A stretch of 64,000 nucleotides of DNA, taken from an uncultured Acidobacteriota bacterium (lineage in GTDB: Bacteria > Actinomycetota > Acidimicrobiia > Spongiisociales > ZC4RG35). A program made the translations under genes and the position numbers. Positions 56,414 to 64,000 of this stretch are shown here, in pieces (position 1 is the first letter of the stretch; the number at the start of each line of letters is the position of its first letter). The DNA lies in the NCBI GenBank assembly GCA_963725075.1, contig CAVRXA010000026.1:110288-174287 (forward strand), in the 5' to 3' direction. The notes beneath the pieces are model-generated. The model saw nothing but the letters and a program-made list of their open reading frames with translations, had not been told where the DNA came from and made no database searches.

Positions 56414-57940
56414 TCAGAGACCGGCCGACACCGACGGGTCGAGCCGTGTGTAGCCGGCCAGGTACTCCGACCGCTCCTTGCCCAGCCGGGCCACCATCTC
56501 CTGGTACTCCGCCTCCCTACCCATCCTCTGATAGAGCCGCACCGGTTGGAGCAATTCGGCGTCGTCTACATCGGGCACACTCGAGGCGATCTCGTAACCG
56601 AAGTCGGGATCGGTGGCCCACTCGATCGTGCCTTGCACGATGCCCTGGACGATGGCCGACGAGTCCTGGATCCTGACTTTCTTCGAGCCCTCTTCCTCTC
56701 CCCCCACGCGGCCGGTGTTGAGCACGAACGCCTCCAGGTCAGGGATCGTCTCGAGCAGCTCCAGCAGGCGATTGCCCTGCAGCGCATCGTCGTCGAAGAA
56801 GAACGGATTGGTGCCGGGCACCCGAAGGCTCTTGCCCGCCTCGGCAGCACCCCCGGCTGACGTTCCCTTCGTCTCCCCCAGCATGAAGAACGCCGGGATC
56901 TGGTCACGTCGGAGCCTGGCGACAGCAGGGATCACGTGGTCGGAACGATTCAGCATGAGGAGATAACGGGCCGGAGGGACGTCTCTCGGGTCGCGGTGCC
57001 TGATGTTGGCCAGGGGGAAGGTGCTTCGCCCGTTGGCCGTGTAGTTGGTGTCGAAGAAGTCGACCTTGCCGTCACCCGTGACCGAGACGTTCTCCAGCCA
57101 CGCGTCTGGCCTGGTGGTTCCTCCATAGATCGTGGGCTCGTCGTCGGCGTCGAGACCGAAGGTCTTGGCGAAGCACCCGTTCTCGGTGGTGCGGATCGCC
57201 CCACCGGGCATGAGGGCCACGAAATCGTCCTGCACCGGGAGGGATCCCACCTGCTGACGGAAGGTGGTAGTCGTCTTGCCGGTCCCGGAGAGGCCGATGA
57301 TCAGCATCGACTCTTCGTCGCCAGACCGGGTCGACTCGGCGGGAAAGGTCTTGAGCCCGGCGTGGAGGGCGAGACCACCCCAGTCGTGCGCCAGCCTGCC
57401 CCACATCCGGAGAGACCCCATTTTCGACTCCCCGAAGTAGTCGGAGCCGAGGACCCGGGTCACCCAGTTCTCGAGGTCGACGATGATGAGACGGTCGTCC
57501 GGCTTCCCCGGCGCTGGAAGCGATGGGGTGTAGACGACGGTGAACTGTGGCTCACCGCCCGGAGCAGGTGGGAAGAAGAGCTGGGCCTGCATTCCGGCGA
57601 TGTTGGCCCCCATTGCCTCGATCATCAGCCGGCTCGGGGTGCTGAAGGATGGATCGGGCCCTACCCGACCTTCGATCAGCAACATGTCCTGGCCGGCGAT
57701 GTGCGCATCCTGGCGCGCAGCCCACTCGTCGGCCTCGACCCGGGATATCCGGTTCTGGTGGATCTCCTGGTCGGCAACGAAGAAGGTGGAGTTCTTGAGA
57801 CGTGCGGTGATCTCGGCCTGGTAGTTGAGGTTTCCGAACTCGGTGACCGTGATACGAGGCATGCGCTCCAGGGTCAGCTCACGGAGGCGTTCCTGACTCG
57901 GGTTGACCTCGATGGACCTGGCTTGGGGCAATTCGAACAT
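56414..57940 (-). CDS. pckA: phosphoenolpyruvate carboxykinase (ATP)
   Basis: GLSGTGKTTT kinase-1a motif and full-length ATP-type PEPCK architecture (508 aa). Confidence 0.88.
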   Translation of the reverse strand: MFELPQARSIEVNPSQERLRELTLERMPRITVTEFGNLNYQAEITARLKNSTFFVADQEIHQNRISRVEADEWAARQDAHIAGQDMLLIEGRVGPDPSFSTPSRLMIEAMGANIAGMQAQLFFPPAPGGEPQFTVVYTPSLPAPGKPDDRLIIVDLENWVTRVLGSDYFGESKMGSLRMWGRLAHDWGGLALHAGLKTFPAESTRSGDEESMLIIGLSGTGKTTTTFRQQVGSLPVQDDFVALMPGGAIRTTENGCFAKTFGLDADDEPTIYGGTTRPDAWLENVSVTGDGKVDFFDTNYTANGRSTFPLANIRHRDPRDVPPARYLLMLNRSDHVIPAVARLRRDQIPAFFMLGETKGTSAGGAAEAGKSLRVPGTNPFFFDDDALQGNRLLELLETIPDLEAFVLNTGRVGGEEEGSKKVRIQDSSAIVQGIVQGTIEWATDPDFGYEIASSVPDVDDAELLQPVRLYQRMGREAEYQEMVARLGKERSEYLAGYTRLDPSVSAGL

Positions 57941-57943
57941 GGG

Positions 57944-58955
57944 TCAGCTATCACTCGATTCAGAGGGGGAACCCGGAACAGAGTAGTCGCCGGATGGCTG
58001 ATCGGCGCTGCCCGGAAGCCATGCAGGCATGGGTTCCTGCTTGAGATAGGCGACCAGATTTGCCACGGCGAGGGCGGCCATCGCCCTCCGCGCCGGGATG
58101 GTCGCACTGCCGATGTGAGGCACCACCAGGCAGTTGGAGAACTGGAGCAGGGGATGATCGGGGGGCAACGGCTCCGGGTCGGTTACATCCAGCGCGGCCC
58201 CACCGATCATGCCGTCAGCCAACGCCTCCACCAGGGCGTCGGTGTCGACGATCGGGCCGCGGGCCACATTCACGAGCAATGCCGAGTCCTTCATCAGCCC
58301 GAGCTCGGCCGCGACCGATCATCCCGCGCGTCTCACCGGAGAGAGGGACGGCGATCACCACGATGTCCGACCTCTCGAGCAGCGTGGCGAGATCGAGTCG
58401 CTCCGCCCCAGAGATGTCCTTGGTCGTCCGCGCCGTGTACAGCACCTCCATGTCGAACCCACGAGCACGCCGTGCAATCGCCTGGCCGATCCGCCCCATC
58501 CCTACGATTCCGAGAGTGGCGCCGTGCAGGTCGCCGCTGAGGAAGTGCCATGGGTCCCACGGGCCCCACGCCCCGGACTTGACGATGGCTTCTCCCTCGG
58601 GGAGACGTCTGACGGCAGCGCCGATGAGGGCGAATGCGGTGTCCGCCGTGGTCTCCGTCAGAACGTCGGGGGTGTGGCCAACCGAAACCCCGTGACTCCG
58701 GCAGGCCTCGACGTCGATGTTGTCGACTCCCACCGACATCTGGGAGATCACTCTCAGCTTCGGGACTGATTCGAGCAATTCCACATCGATGGTGTCCGAC
58801 AGCATCGACAGCCACCCGTCACAATCGTTCAGTCGCTCGAGGAGTGTCGGGCGGGGCACCCGTTCCTCTTGATCCCAGACCTCGACGTCGGCGAGCGTCT
58901 CCAGGGGCTCGAGGATGTCCCCCGGGATGAAGTCGCTGACGAACACCCTCGGCAT
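57944..58955 (-). pseudogene. D-isomer-specific 2-hydroxyacid dehydrogenase (glyoxylate/hydroxypyruvate reductase-like) with one +1 frame break near 58311
   Basis: GIVGMGRIGQAIARR lies in ORF 58215..58955. After ...SGETRGMIG the sense continues in ORF 57944..58294 ([26 protein letters not shown]...PHIGSAT). Confidence 0.75.
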
Positions 58956-59023
58956 CGGGGCCGCAGGCTAACCCGGGCAACACAGAACAGTTCCGTTCCA
59001 AGGTGCCGATACCATTCCTCGAG

Positions 59024-59821
59024 ATGCGACGCATCGCCCTGACCGTCCTCCTCAGCATGGCAGTCGCCGGCTGTGCCAGCGCCGACGCGACTGAGCCTGC
59101 CCCGACCGTCCCACCTACCACCAGCGTCGCGTCGACGACCACCACGCCATCCACTACGACCACTTCGGTCGCCACCACCACGACGGTTGAGGAGGCCCTC
59201 GACGTCGAGTCCCTTCCGGAGGGTTCCTCTCTCATCCTCGGTGCGCGCGAAGCGGTCGAAGTCTTCGCCGGGCCAAACGAAACCGAGGCGATCCGCACCC
59301 TGGAACCGACCACGATCCTGGGGACCACAACGGTGCTCATGGTCACGGAAGGTCCGGATGATGGGTGGGCCCGGGTCCTACTCCCCGGCCGTCCCAATGG
59401 CTCCGAAGGATGGGTCCGCGCCGACGAGATGGTCGCCTTCGTCGTCAAGGGCAAGGTGCTGATCGACCTCTCCGACCGAACCCTCAGCTATTTCGTGGGA
59501 GACAACGAGGTGATCGCCACCCCTGTCGGAGTCGGCAGCGAGGCCAACCCAACCCCGACGGGGAACTTCTTCGTCACCGACAGTGTCGCTCTGGCCGACC
59601 CCAACAGCCCCTGGGGCCCGCATGCCCTCGGTCTGTCCGCCCGATCGGACACCGTCACCGAATACAACGGGGGTGACGGGATCATCGGCATCCACGGGAC
59701 CAACAACCCGGGGTCTATCGGTCTTGCGCTGTCACTGGGATGCGTCCGCGTCGCCAACGAAGTCATCACCCGTCTTCACGACGTGGTCGCCATCGGGACA
59801 CCGGTGGAGATCCGAGCCTGA
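59024..59821 (+). CDS. L,D-transpeptidase (YkuD domain) lipoprotein
   Basis: Signal and lipobox MRRIALTVLLSMAVAGC, a Thr/Pro-rich linker and the catalytic motif HGTNNPGSIGLALSLGCVRV. Confidence 0.85.
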   Translation: MRRIALTVLLSMAVAGCASADATEPAPTVPPTTSVASTTTTPSTTTTSVATTTTVEEALDVESLPEGSSLILGAREAVEVFAGPNETEAIRTLEPTTILGTTTVLMVTEGPDDGWARVLLPGRPNGSEGWVRADEMVAFVVKGKVLIDLSDRTLSYFVGDNEVIATPVGVGSEANPTPTGNFFVTDSVALADPNSPWGPHALGLSARSDTVTEYNGGDGIIGIHGTNNPGSIGLALSLGCVRVANEVITRLHDVVAIGTPVEIRA

Positions 59822-59838
59822 CGGCACGGATCTCCGTT

Positions 59839-60700
59839 CTACGTTCTACGTCTTACGACACCGTTGGAGAGCACCGTTGCGCCTCGCTCCTTGGCCGTAG
59901 CGGTCACCACTATCTGGTCGCCATCGTCCCAAATCGAGCTGACCAGCGTCTCCCCCGGGTAGACGACGCCCGAGAAGCGGGCCCGAAACGAGGCCACCGC
60001 ATCGGACCGTCCGTCGAGGACATGGTCGACCACCGCCTTGCACACGATCCCGTAGGTGCACAACCCGTGCAGGATCGGACGATCGAAGCCGGCGAAGGCG
60101 GCGAATCCGGGGTCTGCATGGAGCGGGTTCTTGTCCCGCGATGCCATCCGGTAGAGCAGTGCCTGCTGGGGGAGAGTGACCGACTCGACGACGTGGTCGG
60201 GATCCCGCGATGGCCTGAGATCGGTCGTCGATGGGCCGCTGTCCCCACCGAAGCCCGCCCTCTCCCCTGATGAAGATCGACGCACGATTGGTGAACAGCG
60301 GCTTGCCGGTTTTCTCCAGGACGGAAACGATCTCGACGACTGCCAGTGCTCCCTTTCCTTTATCCAGGATCTCGATGACGCTGCCGGTCTGGATCACCGC
60401 CCCGCTGGTCGGGATCGGCTCGTGGATCACGATCTCATGCTCCCCGTGGAGGATCATCGCCGGGTTGATATCGAATCCAGGGGCGTATCCCACGCTCATC
60501 ATCACCGGGAATTGGGGGATGGATGCGTATGTGGGGAGAACACGTAGGTCGCCCTCATAGGCGTAGCGCAACTCACCCGGGTCGGTGGGCGGCACGCCGG
60601 CGCCAACGCCCAGGTGATAGAGGATGATGTCGTCCTCATCCCAGACGGCGGTCCCTCCGGCGAGCTCCGCCCCGATGGCTTTCTCGAGATCGATCGGCAT
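59839..60700 (-). pseudogene. double hot-dog MaoC-like (R)-specific enoyl-CoA hydratase with one +1 frame break near 60253
   Basis: The N-terminal hot-dog domain is in ORF 59846..60700 up to ...IFIRGEGG. The sense then continues in ORF 59839..60285 (FGGDSGPS...YRMASRDKNPLHADPGFAAFAGFDRPILHG). Confidence 0.75.
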
Positions 60701-61608
60701 CAGCCGCCTGCCAGACGGGCGAGGATCATCAGTTCCTCGTTGATATCCCCCGGGATCAAATACTCGGTGACATCGCGGATCTCATCGAGGTGCTCCACGA
60801 GGTCCTCGACCGTGGGCACCACGCCCTGGCCGGCGAACCACCCGGAATTGGTGCCGATGAAGACCCGGCCGTATCTGCCCCCGCCGACCGTGAAGATCTC
60901 GTGGGTGTGCTCGTTCTGCTCAGAGCAGAGATAGACGACCATCGGCATCACCTGCTGAGGGTCGAGCATCTCGACGAACGGGCCGAGGATGTCCTCGGTC
61001 ATCCGGGTGCGGGCAGTGGGCGCGACCGCATTCGACTTGATGTTGTACTTCGCGCCTTCGATCGCGAGCACGTTGGACAGACCAACCAGCCCGGCCTTGG
61101 CCGCGCCGTAGTTGGCCTGGCCGAAGTTGCCGAAGAGACCGGAGGCCGAGCTCGTGTGGACGAACCGGCCGTATCCCCGTTCCTTCATCTGCTTGAAGGC
61201 CGGATGCGACACGTGGAAAGCACCCTTGAGGTGCACATCGAGGACCGCATCGACCTCATCGAGGGTCATGTTGGCGAACGACTTGTCCCTGAGGATCCCC
61301 GCGTTGTTGATCACGATGTCGACCGACCCGAAGGCATCAAGGGCAGTCTGGATGATGCCCTCGCCGCCCTCGCGAGTGGCAACCGAGTCGTAGCTGGCCA
61401 CCGCCTCACCTCCGGCGCCCTTGATCTGATTCACCACCACGTCGGCAGCGGAATGCGACGAGCCGCTGCCGTCTACTGCGCCCCCCAGGTCGTTGACCAC
61501 GACCATGGCTCCCCGTCGCCCCAGCTCGAGGGCGTACTCCCTGCCCAGGCCCCCACCGGCCCCGGTGACCACAGCCACCCGCCCATCGAACGTGATTGGC
61601 TCAGCCAT
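60700..61608 (-). CDS. SDR-family 3-hydroxyacyl-CoA dehydrogenase-like oxidoreductase
   Basis: VTGAGGGLGREYA, NNAG and the YGAAK catalytic motif. Length 302 aa. Its stop shares one nucleotide with the downstream MaoC start. Confidence 0.82.
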   Translation of the reverse strand: MAEPITFDGRVAVVTGAGGGLGREYALELGRRGAMVVVNDLGGAVDGSGSSHSAADVVVNQIKGAGGEAVASYDSVATREGGEGIIQTALDAFGSVDIVINNAGILRDKSFANMTLDEVDAVLDVHLKGAFHVSHPAFKQMKERGYGRFVHTSSASGLFGNFGQANYGAAKAGLVGLSNVLAIEGAKYNIKSNAVAPTARTRMTEDILGPFVEMLDPQQVMPMVVYLCSEQNEHTHEIFTVGGGRYGRVFIGTNSGWFAGQGVVPTVEDLVEHLDEIRDVTEYLIPGDINEELMILARLAGG

Positions 61609-61662
61609 GCTTCTCTCTTTCGCTAATTGGGTTCCACACGCCCGTATATGACACTTTTGGGT

Positions 61663-61681
61663 CCCAATTTCGGAAATTGGG
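61663..61681. promoter_or_regulatory. perfect 9-bp-arm palindrome CCCAATTTC-G-GAAATTGGG (operator or hairpin) upstream of the SDR gene
   Basis: It lies in the 81-nt gap between the ACAD stop (61690) and the SDR start (61608). The half-site AATTGGGTTC is repeated at 61625-61634. Confidence 0.4.
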
Positions 61682-61689
61682 TTCTTCGC

Positions 61690-62838
61690 TCAGAGACCGA
61701 GAGACCGCCCGATGATCTCTTTCATGATCTCGGTCGTCCCTCCATAGATGGTCTGGACCCGTGCGTCCCGATATGCCCTGGCGATGGGGTACTCCTCCAT
61801 ATAGCCCCACCCACCAAAGAGCTGGAGACAGCGGTCGATCACCCTCTTCTCCATCTCTGTCACCCACCACTTGGCCTTGGCAGCATCCTCCGCGCTCAGC
61901 TCTCCCCGGTTGAGCGCGATCACCTGGCGATCGACATAGGTCTGAGCGATGTCGAGCTCGGTCCTCATCTCGGCCATCACGTGTTTCACCGTCTGGAAGC
62001 TCCCGATCGGTTGATCGAACGCCCGACGCTCCTTGACGTACTCGAGGGTCCACTCGAAAGCGGCCTGAGCGTGGGCAACAGAGCCGGTGGCGAGGCTGAG
62101 CCGCTCCTGGGGCAGGTTCTCCATCAGGTAGACGAAGCCCATTCCCTCGTCCCCCAGCCGATTCGAGACCGGCACCCTTACATCGTCGAAGAAGAGCTCG
62201 GCGGTGTCCTGGGCGTGGAGGCCGATCTTCTCCAGGTTCCGCCCCCGGCTGAAGCCCTCCGAGCCGTCCTCGATGACGAGGAGGCTCATACCGCTGTGTT
62301 TCTCCTGGGGGTTCGTCTTGACAGCGGTGATCACGAGATCGGAGTTGATCCCATTGGTGATGAACGTCTTGGACCCGTTGACGACATAGACGTCGCCGTC
62401 GCGGATGGCCGTTGTCTTGATCCCTGCCAGATCCGACCCAGCCCCGGGCTCGGTCATGGCTATCGCCGACATCAGGTCCCCCGACACGAGTCCGGGCATC
62501 CACCGCCTGGCCTGCTCGCCGTCGCAAAGGTGGGTGAAGTAGGGCAGACACACATCGTTGTGAAGGGTGATGCACATCCCCGAGGCCATGGCGTCGGCAC
62601 GCATCAATTCCTCGCCGACCACCATGTTGAATCGGAAATCGGCTATCCCGCCTCCGCCATGCTCCTCGGGCACGGCCATACCAAGAAGCCCGGCCTTGCC
62701 CGCCTTGCGGAACATGTCTTTGTCGACCCTCCCCTGCGCCTCCCATTTGGCGACGTTGGGAGCCACCTCCCGCTCGACGAACTCACGGGCGGTGGAGCGG
62801 AATAGCTCGTGATCCGCTTCGAACAGGTCTCGTTGCAT
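61690..62838 (-). CDS. acyl-CoA dehydrogenase
   Basis: AMTEPGAGSD, the FITNG region and a C-terminal YGGTTEIMKEIIGR. Length 382 aa. Confidence 0.9.
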   Translation of the reverse strand: MQRDLFEADHELFRSTAREFVEREVAPNVAKWEAQGRVDKDMFRKAGKAGLLGMAVPEEHGGGGIADFRFNMVVGEELMRADAMASGMCITLHNDVCLPYFTHLCDGEQARRWMPGLVSGDLMSAIAMTEPGAGSDLAGIKTTAIRDGDVYVVNGSKTFITNGINSDLVITAVKTNPQEKHSGMSLLVIEDGSEGFSRGRNLEKIGLHAQDTAELFFDDVRVPVSNRLGDEGMGFVYLMENLPQERLSLATGSVAHAQAAFEWTLEYVKERRAFDQPIGSFQTVKHVMAEMRTELDIAQTYVDRQVIALNRGELSAEDAAKAKWWVTEMEKRVIDRCLQLFGGWGYMEEYPIARAYRDARVQTIYGGTTEIMKEIIGRSLGL

Positions 62839-62857
62839 ATCCGCCCGCGGCCGGGTC

Positions 62858-64000
62858 TCAGACTCCTACGTAAAGACTCTCGATCTCACTCGCGTACTTG
62901 TCGAGCACGACCTTGCGCTTGAGCTTGAGGGACGGTGTCACCTCGCCCGAGTCGGGGGTCCACTCGTCGGGCACGATGATCCACTTCTTCACCTGCTCGA
63001 CCGATGAGACGGTCTCGTTGGCCTCGTCCATCGCCCGCTCGATCTCGGCATTCACCTCGGCAAGCCTGGAGAAGGTCGCCAGGTCCTCATAGACCAGACC
63101 GTTGGCCTCGGCCCACGCCGGTGCCTCCTCGTGGTCGAGGGCAACGATCATCGCCAGGAACTTGCGACCATCGCCGACCATGCACGCCTTGGAGATGAGA
63201 GCATGGTTGCCCAGGAGCGTCTCCAGCTTGGCCGGGGCGATGTTCTTTCCCCCGGCGGTGATGATGATCTCTTTCTTTCGGCCGACGATCCATACAAAAC
63301 CGTCGTCGTCGATCCGGGCCAGATCGCCGGAGTGGAGCCAGCCCTTGGAATCGAACGCCTCGGCGGTGTCATCGGGCAGCTTGTAATAGCCCTGGGTGAT
63401 GACTCCGCCCCTCATCAGCAGCTCGTCGTCCTCGGCGAGCTCGACCTCGACGCCCGGAAGGGCCTTCCCCACCGAGCCGAGTCGGAAGACGCCGGGAACA
63501 TTCGTCGTCGCCGGGCCGGTGGTCTCCGACATGCCGTACAACTCGAAAAGGGGGATACCCAGGGTCTGGAAGAACAGGATCAGGTCCGGATTGATCGGCG
63601 CAGCTGCGGTGATCGCGATCTCGACCTGGTCCATCCCCAGCTGTTCCCGCACCTTGGACAGGACGAGCGAGTCGAGCGTCCCGGCCATCATCGGGCCGGA
63701 TTGTCCTTCCTGCTCGGCCAGGACACGTTTCCGGTTGGCGTCGAGGGCCCGGTCGAGCAGGGTCTTCTTGACCCCGTGAGTATCGGCGAAACGGGCAGTG
63801 AGCCGGGAGTGGAACTTCTCGTAGACACGGGGAACGCCGACAAAGACGGTCGGCCGTGCCTCCTGGATGTACTCGAGGACACCGGCGAGATTCGGGCAGA
63901 ACCACACCTGGCCGGCCAGGTACGTGGCCAGATAGTGGGTGGCGAGCCGCTCGGCGATGTGAGCCAGAGGCAGATAGGAGACCATTCGGGGCCCGAGGTC
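62858..64000 (-). CDS. long-chain fatty-acid--CoA ligase, N-terminus outside window
   Basis: The frame is open to the window edge. Motifs YLPLAHIAERL, ELYGMSETTG, GWLHSGDL and ITAGGKNIAP. Confidence 0.85.
   Translation of the reverse strand, partial: DLGPRMVSYLPLAHIAERLATHYLATYLAGQVWFCPNLAGVLEYIQEARPTVFVGVPRVYEKFHSRLTARFADTHGVKKTLLDRALDANRKRVLAEQEGQSGPMMAGTLDSLVLSKVREQLGMDQVEIAITAAAPINPDLILFFQTLGIPLFELYGMSETTGPATTNVPGVFRLGSVGKALPGVEVELAEDDELLMRGGVITQGYYKLPDDTAEAFDSKGWLHSGDLARIDDDGFVWIVGRKKEIIITAGGKNIAPAKLETLLGNHALISKACMVGDGRKFLAMIVALDHEEAPAWAEANGLVYEDLATFSRLAEVNAEIERAMDEANETVSSVEQVKKWIIVPDEWTPDSGEVTPSLKLKRKVVLDKYASEIESLYVGV

Noticed and set aside
1-64000. CRISPR arrays, tRNA/rRNA genes, integrases or transposases, prophage or defence islands
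   Set aside because: Reading the intergenic regions, I found no regularly spaced direct repeats, no cloverleaf-like sequences and no recombinase-like ORFs. A by-eye scan can miss small RNAs, so tRNAscan/Infernal should confirm.

Overview
High-GC (about 65%) chromosomal segment of an Actinomycetota-type genome. The gene order rnc-plsX-rpmF-yceD ... coaD-rsmD-recG / rpmB ... ddl resembles the Mycobacterium Rv2925c-Rv2981c neighbourhood; the exact lineage cannot be determined from sequence alone. I count roughly 65 protein genes. They cover housekeeping (RNase III, PlsX/PlsY/PlsB, L32, L28, CoaD, RsmD, RecG, Ddl, FabI, GDH, AdnAB helicase-nuclease, Dtd, AceE, PEPCK, Mug), lipid catabolism (acyl-CoA ligases, ACAD, SDR, MaoC), a copper-protein operon, a rhodanese-ThiF/JAMM pair, and many membrane or hypothetical proteins. 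I saw no rRNA, tRNA, CRISPR array, integrase or transposase. Five things stand out. (1) About 1 kb (18.42-19.44 kb) is hairpin-dense and non-coding, with two related modules whose stems covary and which carry five C(UUCG)G-capped hairpins on the minus strand; this is a candidate unclassified structured RNA or repeat element. (2) More than 20 reading-frame disruptions are distributed very unevenly. About a dozen sit in one 5-gene radical-SAM/ABC-exporter operon (31.8-37.0 kb), about ten are scattered over 42-61 kb, and only one lies in the first 32 kb. This means either genuine pseudogenisation of accessory genes or localised assembly indels. (3) A TGTCA-N11/12-TAnnnT promoter-like motif, which matches the mycobacterial RecA-independent DNA-damage promoter as I recall it, precedes three DNA-repair loci, and a near-perfect LexA SOS box precedes a DUF222-HNH gene. 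(4) A low-GC four-helix-bundle (23S-IVS/Avd-like) gene is flanked by ACCCNNN heptad arrays. (5) A membrane-anchored MurF-like ligase is translationally coupled to a hydrolase and lies upstream of ddl. Every functional call rests on my reading of the translated ORFs; no database search was possible.
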